The position numbers were made by a program, and so were the translations under genes. Positions 27,727 to 38,215 of a stretch of 54,280 nucleotides of DNA are shown here, piece after piece. The notes beneath the pieces are model-generated. The model ran no database searches. It was not told where the DNA came from and worked only from the letters and a program-made list of their open reading frames with translations. Source of the DNA: Acidobacteriota bacterium (GTDB taxonomy: Bacteria > Acidobacteriota > Vicinamibacteria > Vicinamibacterales > CAVVIG01); assembly GCA_028876655.1 (NCBI GenBank), contig JAGWRA010000118.1, positions 1 to 54,280 of the forward strand, read 5' to 3'. Every line of letters begins with the position of its first letter. Position 1 is the stretch's first letter.

Positions 27727-29028
27727 TTACTGGGGACCGGGGGCTCCTGACGTCCCGTTGTCGGCCGCCGCCGCTGCCACCGCCGTCGAGGGCGGTGCCG
27801 GCACGGGCTCGCCCAGCCGGCTCAGGGCGCGGGCGCGGACGGCGTCGAAGGCTTCCCGGTCGGCCGGACTGATGGGGTCGCCGGGTGGCAGGCTGCGGAA
27901 GACGCCCACCGGATTCTCGAAGCGGCCGTCGTGACGGATGCGGAAGTCCAGGTGCGGCCCGGTCGTGAGCCCCGACTGGCCCGACCGGCCGATCACCTCG
28001 CCCTGCGTCACGCGCACGCCGGGACGCAGTCCCTTCGTGATCGACGACAGGTGCAGGTAGTAGGTCTGGTAACCGTTGCTGTGACGGAGGTGGACCATGC
28101 GGCCTCCCTCGCCGTCCCAGCCGGCCGACAGCACGATGCCGCCGGCCACCGCCACGACGGGCGAGCCGATCGGCGCGTGATAGTCGACGCCGAGGTGCGC
28201 GCGATAGACGTGCAGGATCGGATGGTACCGGCTGCGCGAGAAGCGGGACGTGATGCGCGGGTGCGGCTCGAACTTCAGCGGCGACTTCAGGAAGAAGCGC
28301 TTGAGCGACCGGCCGTCCTCGTCGTAGTAGCCCGGCGCCCCGCCCGCCGGCGTGAACCGGATCGCCACCAGGCGCCGGCCGCCGTTGTCGAACTCGGCGG
28401 CCTGAATCGGCCCGTAGTCGAGCACGCGGCCGTGGCGGACCTCCTTCGCGAAGGCGACCTTGAAGCGATCGCCCGGCTGCAGATCGACGTTGAAGTCGAT
28501 CACGCCGCCGAAGACGTCGGCCAGCTCCATCGCCAGCCCCGTCGACTCGCCCGCCGCATCGATCGCCTCGAAGAGGGACGGGGTGTCGCTCGAGATCGCC
28601 CCCGCGGCGACGGCCTCGACCGTCTGCTTCGGCAGCGACACGATCGTGGCGGCATAGGCGCCGGCCTCGTCGTCACCGGGGTGATAGGCCACGCGCAGGA
28701 TGCGATCGTTGTCGATCTGGTACTCGAAGTCCCGCAGCTGCCCGTCGAGCGCGCGTGCGATCTTGTAGTCGTGATCCGGCATCAGCTGCCGCGGATCGAA
28801 TACCTGGCGCGTGCTCTGGATGACGGAGGTCACCGTGGCGTCGGACAGGTCCTGCGCATGGAGGAGCGTCGACAGCGTGGCGTTGCGCGGCACCTTGGCC
28901 GTCAGCACCGTCTGGTCGGGGGCCAGGGCGACATCGGTCGTCCGCGCGGGACGGGCGGGAGCGGAGGAGCCGCCGCAGGCGGCCGCCAGCAGCAGGGAGG
29001 ACCAGACCAGCACTCGTGCTCGCCGCAT
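27727..29028 (-). CDS. M23 family peptidoglycan DD-metalloendopeptidase, lipoprotein
   Basis: LLAAACG lipobox; HPI...HLGVDY, YLHLS and TGPHLDF motifs; AGGAAGG RBS. Confidence 0.92.
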   Translation of the reverse strand: MRRARVLVWSSLLLAAACGGSSAPARPARTTDVALAPDQTVLTAKVPRNATLSTLLHAQDLSDATVTSVIQSTRQVFDPRQLMPDHDYKIARALDGQLRDFEYQIDNDRILRVAYHPGDDEAGAYAATIVSLPKQTVEAVAAGAISSDTPSLFEAIDAAGESTGLAMELADVFGGVIDFNVDLQPGDRFKVAFAKEVRHGRVLDYGPIQAAEFDNGGRRLVAIRFTPAGGAPGYYDEDGRSLKRFFLKSPLKFEPHPRITSRFSRSRYHPILHVYRAHLGVDYHAPIGSPVVAVAGGIVLSAGWDGEGGRMVHLRHSNGYQTYYLHLSSITKGLRPGVRVTQGEVIGRSGQSGLTTGPHLDFRIRHDGRFENPVGVFRSLPPGDPISPADREAFDAVRARALSRLGEPVPAPPSTAVAAAAADNGTSGAPGPQ

Positions 29029-29376
29029 CACACCTTCCTGAAAGAGATAGGGACCGACGGCCCGGAACCCCGTGCGCGCAGGGTCCGGGGGCCACTCGAC
29101 GTCTATCAGACGTGTATCGGACGGTCGCGGTCGATCGACCACCCGGGGCGGCCCTGCTGACGGGCCGCCAACGGGGAGCGAACCCCGCTCGAGTTCCCAT
29201 ACTGTAATCGATGTTTGGACGCCAGATGAAGATCGCCGGCCGGATTTCCCTGAAAAAAGGTCATGTGACCTAACAGACAACGGCCCCGAGAATTGCGCCG
29301 GCAACTCCGGCCATCGGCGTGGCGCCCGGTCGCGCCTTGACGCGTCCGGAGCTGGACCGTTACAGTCCTTCCTCAA

Positions 29377-29465
29377 TCGGGGCGCTGCCCCGAACCCCGG
29401 CTCGCTTCACTCGCTCGCCTCGCGCGGCTCGCGCCGTTCCGCTCGCCGGCGCGCCGTGCGCGCCG
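29377..29465 (+). repeat. Palindromic repeat, family B, with CTCGC-rich tail
   Basis: TCGGGGC-GCT-GCCCCGA hairpin, then ACCCCGG and repeated CTCGC; ends in CGGCGCGC-CGT-GCGCGCCG. Confidence 0.6.
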
Positions 29466-29511
29466 CAGGCCGTCGGCTTCGGCCGCCCTACTGACCGGAA
29501 GGAATGTACCC

Positions 29512-31089
29512 ATGAGATCCCGCTTCGCGCTGCCGCTCGCCCTCGGTCTCGCGCTCTCGGTCGGCCTGCCGGTCGCCGCGCAGTGGACGCCGTCGGCCGA
29601 GCCGCTCGACCTCACGGCCATGCACCAGATCCGGACCGAGGGGTTCGAGCACTCGCAGGTGATGACGATCGAGAGCTATCTCACCGACGTCTACGGCCCG
29701 CGCCTGACCAACTCGCCCGACATGCGCCAGGCGGCCGACTGGGCCGTCAAGGAGATGCAGGGCTGGGGGCTCGCGAACGTGCACGAGGAGCCCTGGCCCT
29801 TCGGCCGCGGCTGGGCGAACGACCGCTTCGTGGCGCTCGCCGTCTCGCCGCGCGCCTACCCGCTCATCGCCTACACGAAGGCCTGGACGCCCGGCACGAA
29901 CGGTCCGGTGACCGCCGAGGCGGTCTACGCCCCGATGGAGAGCGAGGCCGACTTCGCGCGGTACCGCGGGACGCTGAAGGGGAAGTTCGTGCTGATCTCG
30001 CCGATCCGCGATCCGGAGGCGCACTTCGAGCCGCAGGGCCGCCGCTTCACGCGCGACGACCTGCAGAAGCTGTCGATGGCGCCCGAGCCCGGCCAGGGGC
30101 CGAACGAGGCGCTGCGGCGGATGTTCCTGGCGCGCCGGGCGTTCAACGAGAAGCTGAACCACTTCCTGCTCGACGAGGGGGTCGCGGCCGTCATCGAGTC
30201 GAGCCGGGGCGACGATGGCACGGTCTTCGTGCAGTCGGGGGGATCGCAGGATCCGAAGGCGCCGCCGGTGCCGGCGCAGGTCGTGATGGCGGTGGAGCAC
30301 TACAACCGGATCGCGCGAACGCTCGAAAAGAAGATCCCGGTCACGCTGCAATTCGACATCCGGAACGCGTTCTACGACAAGGATCTCAACTCCTTCAACA
30401 TCGTGGCCGAGCTGCCGGGCACGGACAAGGCCGACCAGGTCGTGATGCTCGGCGCCCATTTCGACTCGTGGCACTCGGGCACCGGCGCCACCGACAACGC
30501 CGCCGGGTCGGCGGTGATGATGGAAGCGATGCGCATCCTCAAGGAGAGCGGCGTAAAGCTGCGCCGGACGGTCCGCCTGGCGCTCTGGACGGGCGAAGAA
30601 GAGGGGCTCCTCGGATCGAAGGCCTACGTGCTGCAGCACTTCGGCGATCCGAAGACGATGGCGCTGAAGCCGGAACAGGCGCAGGTGTCGGCGTACTTCA
30701 ACGTCGACAACGGCACGGGGGCGATCCGGGGCGTCTACCTGCAGGGCAACGAGGCGGTCGCGCCGATCTTCGCCCGCTGGATGGAACCGTTCCACGACCT
30801 CGGCATGCGGACGCTGACGATCCGGAACACCGGCGGGACCGACCATCTGTCGTTCGACGCCGTCGGCATCCCCGGCTTCCAGTTCATCCAGGACCCGATC
30901 GAGTACCAGACGCGGACGCACCACTCGAACATGGATCTCTACGACCGGGTGCAGCCGGGTGACATGATGAAGAACGCGGTGATCGTCGCCTCGTTCGTCT
31001 ACGACGCCGCGACCCGCGACGACCTGCTGCCGCGCAAGCCGCTGCCGCCGGCGCCGAAGCCCACCACGACGCAGCAGGGGGGACGGTAG
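29512..31089 (+). CDS. M28 family metallopeptidase (carboxypeptidase Q-like), secreted
   Basis: Signal peptide; GPRLTNS, GAHFDSW, GATDNAAG, GEEEGLLGS, TDH and HHSN.D motifs. Confidence 0.92.
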   Translation: MRSRFALPLALGLALSVGLPVAAQWTPSAEPLDLTAMHQIRTEGFEHSQVMTIESYLTDVYGPRLTNSPDMRQAADWAVKEMQGWGLANVHEEPWPFGRGWANDRFVALAVSPRAYPLIAYTKAWTPGTNGPVTAEAVYAPMESEADFARYRGTLKGKFVLISPIRDPEAHFEPQGRRFTRDDLQKLSMAPEPGQGPNEALRRMFLARRAFNEKLNHFLLDEGVAAVIESSRGDDGTVFVQSGGSQDPKAPPVPAQVVMAVEHYNRIARTLEKKIPVTLQFDIRNAFYDKDLNSFNIVAELPGTDKADQVVMLGAHFDSWHSGTGATDNAAGSAVMMEAMRILKESGVKLRRTVRLALWTGEEEGLLGSKAYVLQHFGDPKTMALKPEQAQVSAYFNVDNGTGAIRGVYLQGNEAVAPIFARWMEPFHDLGMRTLTIRNTGGTDHLSFDAVGIPGFQFIQDPIEYQTRTHHSNMDLYDRVQPGDMMKNAVIVASFVYDAATRDDLLPRKPLPPAPKPTTTQQGGR

Positions 31090-31102
31090 ATCGAGATATT
31101 GA

Positions 31103-31242
31103 AGGCGGTAGGCTTTGGGCGGTAGGCGGTAGGGTTGAGTCGCGTGCTCGTGGTGCTCGCACGCGACTCATGCTCAACCGCGGCGCGAGCACCCGAGCGC
31201 CGCGACGGCTCTCTCGCCGATAGCCCACCGCCTATCGCCTAC
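31103..31242. repeat. Inverted heptamer array (AGGCGGT / ACCGCCT) enclosing two hairpins
   Basis: GGCGGTA-like units on the left and CCGCCTA-like units on the right; inside, a 12-bp TGAGTCGCGTGC/GCACGCGACTCA stem and a CGCGGCGC/GCGCCGCG stem. Confidence 0.75.
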
Positions 31243-32837
31243 ACCGCGCCTGTCGCGCGGTGGTGCGCGCGGCTCCACTGCCGCAGCCGGTCGCGGCAGG
31301 CCACCGCGTCCGGCTGCGCGTCCAGCTCGTCGCAGTACCACGGCAGCCTGAAGGTCCAGTTGCGGCCGTCCACGGTGCCGGGCGTGTTGATCCGATCGCG
31401 CCAGCCGAAGACGTCGGCGACCGGGAGGACGATCAGGTTCGACCCCGACGCGAACAGCGTCTCGATCAGGACGTCGCGCAGCCGATCGGTGTACGCGGCC
31501 CGGGCGAGGTCGGGTCCGGGGCCGGTCAGCTGCTGCACCAGTCCGGCGCGGGCCAGCGCCGCCCGCTCCTCCTCGGACGCGCCATCCCACCACACCGCCA
31601 TCGGTTCGGTGTCGTGCGTCCCCGAGGTGGCGAGCGACACCGGCGGATACGCCGCCGGATCGCGGTACGGCTGCCCCTCGGCGTGCCACTCGCGCTCCCA
31701 CCGCAGCACCTTGTAGCCGGGCACGTTCATCCGCGCGAGCGACGCCCGCACGAAATCGGGAACGAGGCCCAGGTCCTCGGCGACGATGCAGGCGCCGCTG
31801 TCCTTGAAGAGGGCCATCAGCGTCTCGCCGAGCGCGGTCTGCTCGCGCTCCTCGGCCGGCGAGAAGTACGCAGGGCTGCCGTCGTGCGGCCGCGCGTACG
31901 TGCGGTAGAAGCCGACGAGGTGATCGATGCGGTAGCCGGAGTACAGCTGCGCCGCCCGCCGCGCCCGTTCGCGCAGCCAGTGATAGCCCGTGCGGGCGAG
32001 CACGTCCCACCGGTAGACCGGCATCCCCCAGTCCTGGCCGGTCGCGCTGAACGCGTCAGGCGGCACGCCGACCGACGCATCGAGACGGAAGTCCTCCTGC
32101 CGCGACCAGACGTCGGCGCTGTCGGTGTCGACCATGAACGGCAGGTCGCCCATCAGCTCGACCGGCGCCGCCCGCTCCAGCGCCTCGCGCCACTGGGCGT
32201 CGGCAATCCACTGCAGGTACTGCCAGTAGAGCACCTCGTCGCCCAGCGCCATCCGCGCCTCGCGCACGGCCGCCGGCTCCCGCCGCTGCAGCTCCTCGGG
32301 CCAGGTCGTCCACGCCCGTTCGCCGCGCTGCGCGTGCACGGCGCGGAACAGGGCGTAGTCCTCGATCCACCAGGCCTGCTCGGCGAGGAACAGCCGGAAG
32401 GCGCCGGCGCGCGCCGTGCCGCGGACCCACTCCTCCTGACGGAAGCGGTCGAACGCGGCGCGCAGCACGGTCTCCTTCAGGGTGCGGATCGTGCGGTAGT
32501 CGACGACCGGCGCCTGACGCACGGCCGCCAGCATCCGGCGCGGCTCGTCCGGCAGCGCCGCCTCGCCCCCGAGCGCGGCAAAGTCGGCGACGTCGGGCAC
32601 GGTGATGTACAGCGGGTCGATGGCCATCGCGCTGATGGCCGAGTAAGGCGACTGCTGCCCCGGCGCCATTTCGTTGAGCGGCAGCAGCTGCAGAATGTCC
32701 TGGCCGGCCGCGTGCAGCCAGGCGGTCATCGGCGCGAGATCGCCGATCTCGCCGAGTCCCCAGCTCCGCCGGGACGGGAACGAGAAGAGTGGCAGCAGCA
32801 GGCCGGCGTGCCGGCCCGTGCACAGACGGGCGGTCAT
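31239..32837 (-). CDS. malQ: 4-alpha-glucanotransferase (GH77)
   Basis: GLLLPLFS, QLLPL, SPY, GDLP, GVPPDAFS.TGQDWG.P, RIDH, AEDLG, THD and RINTPG motifs. Confidence 0.95.
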   Translation of the reverse strand: MTARLCTGRHAGLLLPLFSFPSRRSWGLGEIGDLAPMTAWLHAAGQDILQLLPLNEMAPGQQSPYSAISAMAIDPLYITVPDVADFAALGGEAALPDEPRRMLAAVRQAPVVDYRTIRTLKETVLRAAFDRFRQEEWVRGTARAGAFRLFLAEQAWWIEDYALFRAVHAQRGERAWTTWPEELQRREPAAVREARMALGDEVLYWQYLQWIADAQWREALERAAPVELMGDLPFMVDTDSADVWSRQEDFRLDASVGVPPDAFSATGQDWGMPVYRWDVLARTGYHWLRERARRAAQLYSGYRIDHLVGFYRTYARPHDGSPAYFSPAEEREQTALGETLMALFKDSGACIVAEDLGLVPDFVRASLARMNVPGYKVLRWEREWHAEGQPYRDPAAYPPVSLATSGTHDTEPMAVWWDGASEEERAALARAGLVQQLTGPGPDLARAAYTDRLRDVLIETLFASGSNLIVLPVADVFGWRDRINTPGTVDGRNWTFRLPWYCDELDAQPDAVACRDRLRQWSRAHHRATGAV

Positions 32838-32881
32838 GATCCTTCCGATCGTAGCAAGTCCGGGCCCCGGAAATCCTCGAA

Positions 32882-34069
32882 TCACCCGGCCGCGTCGGCC
32901 TCGGCCAGCAGCCGGCCCGCGCCCTCCGCGAACACCTCGGCGCGAGGCAGCAGGCTGACCACGAGAAACGCCTCCCGCGGAAAGTCGAAGAAATAGCCGG
33001 GATGCGCCAGCACCTGCTGGCGGCCGAGCAGGTCCAGGACGAGCGCTTCCTCGCTGCGCGTCGCCGGCACCTGGATGACGGCCGACCACCCGCCCTCGGC
33101 GCGGAGCACGCGGCAGGCCGGATGCGCGGCCGCCAGCTCGTGCAACCGCGCGTAGTTGGCGGCGATCCGATCCTGGATCTGCTGCCGCACGACGGCACCC
33201 CGCGCGAGCAGCTGCGCCGCCGCGAGCTGCACGGGCGTCGAGACCGAAAGGTACGTGTCGGCCACGATCTCGAGCCGGGCCAGCGCGTCGGCCACGGCGG
33301 CCGCCGGTCCACCGGCGGCGATCCAGCCGAGCTTCACCTGCGGGAGGCCCACGGACTTCGACAACCCGCCGAGCGCGAACGTCAGCACGCGCTCCTGTGC
33401 CAGCACCCCGCCGGCCCGCGCGGGATCGGGGTCCAGCAGGTAGTCGGCGAACACTTCGTCGCCGACGATCGCCATCCCGGCGGCCGCACAGACCTCCGCC
33501 AGCACCTCCAGATCCGCTGGACCGACGAGCGACCCGGTGGGGTTGTTGGGGCTCACCAGCAGCAGGACACGCGCACCGCCGCGGGCCGCGGCCCGGACGC
33601 TCTCGGGATCCACGTCCCAGAGGCCGTGGTACTCGAGCTCGTACGGCACCGCCTCGACGGCATCCAGGCGGCAGAGGTGCTCGAACAGCGGATAGCTCGG
33701 CCGCGGCACCAGTACACGGTCGCCCGGATCGCAGAGCAGCTTGAACAGCAGGCTGTAGGCCTCGCTCGTGCTGGCCGTCAGGGCGATCCGCCCGGGCGGC
33801 ACGGTGAGGCCGCGCCGCGCGTAGTCGGCGGCCACCGCGTCGCGGGCCGCGGCCAGGCCGAACGGCGCCGGGTCGTAGCGCAGGCCGCCGGTGGCGCCGA
33901 GCGGCACGAGCAGATCGTCTGGATAGCGGAAGCCGACCCGGGTCGGGTTGGTGACGGTGAGATCGAGGATCCGCGCGCCGGCGGCCCGCGCCGCTTCGAG
34001 CGCGGCGGTCAGCCGGTTCGGCGCGAGTTCGGCGGGGACACGGCCCGAGAAGCGAGGCAGGTCCCTCAT
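32882..34069 (-). CDS. PLP-dependent aminotransferase class I/II
   Basis: SPNNPTG, DEVF and GLSKSVGLP..KLGW motifs. Confidence 0.9.
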   Translation of the reverse strand: MRDLPRFSGRVPAELAPNRLTAALEAARAAGARILDLTVTNPTRVGFRYPDDLLVPLGATGGLRYDPAPFGLAAARDAVAADYARRGLTVPPGRIALTASTSEAYSLLFKLLCDPGDRVLVPRPSYPLFEHLCRLDAVEAVPYELEYHGLWDVDPESVRAAARGGARVLLLVSPNNPTGSLVGPADLEVLAEVCAAAGMAIVGDEVFADYLLDPDPARAGGVLAQERVLTFALGGLSKSVGLPQVKLGWIAAGGPAAAVADALARLEIVADTYLSVSTPVQLAAAQLLARGAVVRQQIQDRIAANYARLHELAAAHPACRVLRAEGGWSAVIQVPATRSEEALVLDLLGRQQVLAHPGYFFDFPREAFLVVSLLPRAEVFAEGAGRLLAEADAAG

Positions 34070-34108
34070 CGCGGCGCCACGCGGCAGCCCCGGAGCGGGG
34101 CCGGCCGG

Positions 34109-36193
34109 TCAGTGCTCGAAGATTTCGATCTTCTCAATGACGGCCCCTTCGAGGATCCGATCGACGGTGTCCATGCCGGTGAGCACCTGGCCGAACACGG
34201 TGTAGTTCCCGTTCAGGCGGGGGTTGTCGACGAGGTCGATGAAGATCTGGCCGTCGCCGGTGTCGCGCCCGCGCGTGGAGATCCCGACCGCGCCCCGGAC
34301 GTGCGGCCACAACCCGATCTCGTCGCGCATGAACCGCGCGTCGCCCATGTACTCGTTGGCGCCGGGGCTGCCGCCCTGGATGACGAAGTTGGGGACGACG
34401 CGATGGAACGTGAGGCCGTTGTAGTACCCGGCCTCGGCCATCGTGACGAACCGGAGCACGGTCGCGGGCGCTTCGGTGGTCAGCAGCGCGATCTCGAACG
34501 AGCCGCCGCCAGCCATGGTCACGCGGGCGCGCGGCGCCCGCAGGCGGTCCAGGTCCTCCGCGCTGATGTCCTCGTCGATCGTCAGGCGCGTCGTCCGGGC
34601 CCGCTCGCGGCGGCCCGTCCATTTCGACAGGACAGCGGCGGCCCGATCCGCGACGACCGGATCGAAATCGTGCAAGTACGCCTGCAGCGCCGAGGCGTTC
34701 GCCTTCGTGCCGAGCTCCTCGAGCCGATCGAGCAGCGCCATCCGGACGTCGCGCGACGTGTCGCGATGCTGCGCGGCGATCCGGTCGAGCGCCGCCAGCA
34801 GCGCGGGGACCGCCTCGTCGCGGCGGAAGGTGCCGGCCAGCGCCAGGGCCGCCGTCCGCACGAGCTGGTCGTCGGGCTGTGCCAGCGCGAGGACGTAGAT
34901 CGGGTCGCCGGCGTGCCCGCTCACCGCCTGCAGCGACTCGAGCGCGGCGTTGCGCACGTTGTCGTCGGGATCGAGGGCGAGGCGGTGGATCGTTTCCTGG
35001 GCGTGGAGCACGCCGGCGGCGCGCGCGGCGTACATCCGGACTTCCCAGATGTCCGATGCGGCGAAGGCCGGCAGGACGGCGGCGGCCGCCGCCGGCGCCC
35101 GCTTCGCCAGCGCCACCAGCGCGTGCGCCGGCCGGTGCCAGTCGGTGCCGGGATCCAGCACGGCGCGGGCCTTCAGGACGTCGAGGCCCTGGTCGGGCGG
35201 GCTGCAGGGATCGCCGAGCAGGTCGAGAGCGAGCAGCGACACGTGGGCGTCGGGATCGTCGACGGCCTTCACGATCGGCGCGCAGTCGGGGGCCGGCCGT
35301 ACCTTGCCGAACGACCGCAGCGCCTCGTAGCGGACCATCGGCGCGGGATCCCTGAGGCCGGCCTCGATGACAGCCGCGGCGTGCGGCAGGTCCGGCTGGA
35401 CGGCCGCAGCCGCGACGGCTTCCCGCCGCACCTGTTCGTCGGCGTCCACCCCCGTGCGTTGCAGGGTCGGATCGTCCAGCCCCTTCGCCTCGGTGAGTGC
35501 GAGCAGGGCGAGCCGCCGGACGCGCGCGCCATCGCTCGCCACGCTGTCGCGCGAGCCGCTGGTCAGGTCGCGCAACCGGGCGATCGTGGGCGGCGCCGGC
35601 GGACTGAGCCGGCCGGCCTCCCGGACCATCGACTCGAGCCCCATGGCGACGCCCAGGGCCACGTCCACCGTCTCGCTCTGCCGCGACACGTCCACGAGCC
35701 GTGTTTCGACGCGCTGGACCTCGGACGCGTCGCTGTAGGGCAGGCGGCCGATCGTCCGGCACAGCGTGCCGAGCACCTGCGAATCCGACTCGTCATCGAG
35801 CCGGTCGAGCAGCTCCGTCTTGATGCGGGTGAGGACGGCGCCCGGCTGCAGCGGCTGCGCGATCTGGCCGAGGGCGTTCGCCGCCTCCATGCGGGTCTCG
35901 GGGAGAGGGGCGGCGAGATGGGGATAGACGTATCGCGCGAGATCGGGCCGCTCGAGGCGGCCGATCGCGCGGATGGCGAGCCGCTGCAGGGTGGCGTTCC
36001 GGCTGCGCGCGTCGGCGAGGAGGCGGTTCAGGTCGCGCGACGTGGCGGCGCGGCTGTCCTCGGCCTGGAGCAGCAGCGCGCGGCTGCGGGCGGAGGCCTC
36101 CTGGGCGCGCGCGCTCGCCGTCAGGGTGACCAGCCCCAGGACGACGGCCACGAGCCCTGCCCTCACCCTGGCGCCGCGTCGCATCGATCGCAC
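34109..36193 (-). CDS. Secreted HEAT-repeat protein with C-terminal cyclophilin-type PPIase
   Basis: Signal peptide; repeated DP...VR..A..AL units; FHRVVPNFVIQGG and GRDTG.GQIFI motifs. Start is 36193 or 36184. Confidence 0.88.
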   Translation of the reverse strand: MRSMRRGARVRAGLVAVVLGLVTLTASARAQEASARSRALLLQAEDSRAATSRDLNRLLADARSRNATLQRLAIRAIGRLERPDLARYVYPHLAAPLPETRMEAANALGQIAQPLQPGAVLTRIKTELLDRLDDESDSQVLGTLCRTIGRLPYSDASEVQRVETRLVDVSRQSETVDVALGVAMGLESMVREAGRLSPPAPPTIARLRDLTSGSRDSVASDGARVRRLALLALTEAKGLDDPTLQRTGVDADEQVRREAVAAAAVQPDLPHAAAVIEAGLRDPAPMVRYEALRSFGKVRPAPDCAPIVKAVDDPDAHVSLLALDLLGDPCSPPDQGLDVLKARAVLDPGTDWHRPAHALVALAKRAPAAAAAVLPAFAASDIWEVRMYAARAAGVLHAQETIHRLALDPDDNVRNAALESLQAVSGHAGDPIYVLALAQPDDQLVRTAALALAGTFRRDEAVPALLAALDRIAAQHRDTSRDVRMALLDRLEELGTKANASALQAYLHDFDPVVADRAAAVLSKWTGRRERARTTRLTIDEDISAEDLDRLRAPRARVTMAGGGSFEIALLTTEAPATVLRFVTMAEAGYYNGLTFHRVVPNFVIQGGSPGANEYMGDARFMRDEIGLWPHVRGAVGISTRGRDTGDGQIFIDLVDNPRLNGNYTVFGQVLTGMDTVDRILEGAVIEKIEIFEH

Positions 36194-36209
36194 CCTGCCT
36201 CCCCGGCCG

Positions 36210-38153
36210 TCAGCCGCGCCGGCCGGCGGCCGACAGCGCGAGCATCTGTCTGGTCAGATCCTGCGGATAGGAAATCGTCACGTCCACGATCCGCCCCTCG
36301 TCGTCGCGGACCGGCGCCAGTTCGGGCATCACGAAGCCGGTGTAGGACGGCAGGTCGAGCCGGTCCACGCGCGCCACGACCTCGTCGCGCAGCTGCGGAT
36401 CGAAGTGGACGCCGTAGGTCTCGAACAGCGTCTTCGCGGCCGGGTAGTCCCCCTCGGCCTTGATGCGCTGCACGTCGGCCAGCAGCCGGCCGACCCCGTC
36501 GCGGAAGGCGGCGACGTCGGTGACGACGTAGTACGTGCGGCCGTCGCGGACGCGCGACTCGACCGCCGTGGTGTTCGCCATGAGCCACCGGACGATCATC
36601 TGCCGGTTGCGCATGTGGTCTTCCTCGATCTGGGTTCCGTGCCGGACGCGGCGCAGCTGCACCAGCGCGTTGCGGGCGTAGCTCTCGTATTCGGCCCGGA
36701 CGATCTCCGCCTGGTCGCCGGCCGGCACCAGGCCGAGTTCGGCGAGCTTCGGCTCGGGCAGGAAGTAGAGCGCGACCAGGTCGGCGCGCGACTCCTCCAG
36801 CGCCGAGAACTGCTCCTTGAGCGCCGCCTGCGGGTTCCCCTTGAGCCGCGGCAGCACCCTGCCCGACCCGTGGCCGATCACCTCGTGCATGTTCGTCGTC
36901 AGTTCCGACGCGAACGCGCTCCAGCGGTCGGCGCGGGCGCCCTCCTCGGGCGACCAGGAGAACTCCTCGCGGAACGCCTTCGGGGTCGAGCGGTCGTAGG
37001 CCTCGATCACGTTCGAGAGCGACACCGACTTGCTGCCGTACTGCTCGCGGATCGCCTGGTCGTTCGGCAGGTTGATGCCGATCGGCGTCACCGGCCCCGA
37101 ATCGCCCGCTTCCATCACGATGTCGATGGCATTGGCCGTGATGCCGTGCACGCCTTCCTTGCGGAACTGCGGGTCCCACGGCATCCGGTCCTCGAACCAC
37201 TGCGCCGTGTCGGCGAGCTTCCGGATCTCCTCCGTCTTCTCCCGGTTGACGTAGTAGACGAGCCCCTCCCACGCCCCCTTGATGCCGCGCGCGTCGAGGT
37301 AGACCTCGATGAAGCCGTTGATCGTGTCGACGGGCGAGGCCTTGTCGCGCACCCACGCGATGTCGTACCGCTCGCGATCGGCCGTGTCGCCCGAGCGGTA
37401 GAAGGCGATGAGCGCGCGGAGCGCCTCGGCCATCGCCTCGGTCGCGTACGGCACGGCCGCTTCGAGGTGATCGACGATGCGCGCGATCTGCGCGTCGTAG
37501 CGGCCGCCGACGCGGTAGACCTCCTCCACGAGGCGACCGTCGCGCTTCACCAGCCGCGAGTTCAGCGGGTGCCGCTCGTGGAACCCCTCGAGCTCGGCCA
37601 TCGTGACGCCCTGGTACAGGTTGTTGGCGCTCGCCTCCAGGATGTCCTTGCCGTTCCCGGGGGTCTTGTTCGTGACGACCGGATCGACGTCGGGATCGAA
37701 GAAGCAGGGCTGCAGCCGTGCGAGCAGCGCGTCGAGCGTGTCGCCGTCGGGGAGCGGGAAGGCGGCGCCGTGCGCCTGCGCGGTCCGGGCGGCCGCCGCA
37801 AAGGCGTCCGGCGTGCAGGAGGGGACGAACTTGCGGGCGGTCAGGTTGTTGTACGGACCGCTGTTGATCCAGAACAGCTTCGTGTAGTGCTGGATGGCCG
37901 CGAAGGTCGCGGGCTCGATGCCCTCCGGGTGCGACACGATCGCCTCGAGGACATCGCGCATCTCGAGGTTGTGGGCGTACTTCTGGTCGTAATAGATGTC
38001 GCGGCCGGCCAGCACCGCTTCGTAGAGGTGCCAGATCAGGATCTTCTCGCGCAGCGGCAGCGCGGCGAAGCCGTCGGCGTACACCTGGACGACCGCCGCC
38101 TCTCCCACCCGCTCGAGCAGGTACCGGCGCGTCTCGGCGCCGCTCTCAGACAT
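36210..38153 (-). CDS. Dipeptidyl peptidase III (peptidase M49)
   Basis: HEVIGHGSG, EESRADL, GFIEVY.D and IGINLPN motifs. Confidence 0.92.
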   Translation of the reverse strand: MSESGAETRRYLLERVGEAAVVQVYADGFAALPLREKILIWHLYEAVLAGRDIYYDQKYAHNLEMRDVLEAIVSHPEGIEPATFAAIQHYTKLFWINSGPYNNLTARKFVPSCTPDAFAAAARTAQAHGAAFPLPDGDTLDALLARLQPCFFDPDVDPVVTNKTPGNGKDILEASANNLYQGVTMAELEGFHERHPLNSRLVKRDGRLVEEVYRVGGRYDAQIARIVDHLEAAVPYATEAMAEALRALIAFYRSGDTADRERYDIAWVRDKASPVDTINGFIEVYLDARGIKGAWEGLVYYVNREKTEEIRKLADTAQWFEDRMPWDPQFRKEGVHGITANAIDIVMEAGDSGPVTPIGINLPNDQAIREQYGSKSVSLSNVIEAYDRSTPKAFREEFSWSPEEGARADRWSAFASELTTNMHEVIGHGSGRVLPRLKGNPQAALKEQFSALEESRADLVALYFLPEPKLAELGLVPAGDQAEIVRAEYESYARNALVQLRRVRHGTQIEEDHMRNRQMIVRWLMANTTAVESRVRDGRTYYVVTDVAAFRDGVGRLLADVQRIKAEGDYPAAKTLFETYGVHFDPQLRDEVVARVDRLDLPSYTGFVMPELAPVRDDEGRIVDVTISYPQDLTRQMLALSAAGRRG

Positions 38154-38215
38154 GCCCTCAGCCTACCATCGGAGCCGGCGCGCGGCCACCCGGCCCGCTG
38201 CGCGCGGCCCGCGGG

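Noticed and set aside
29040-29200. c-di-AMP (ydaO) riboswitch, glmS or hammerhead ribozyme
   Set aside because: Conserved cores were not found (CTGATAGA does not fit CUGANGA); kept only as an unassigned structured leader.
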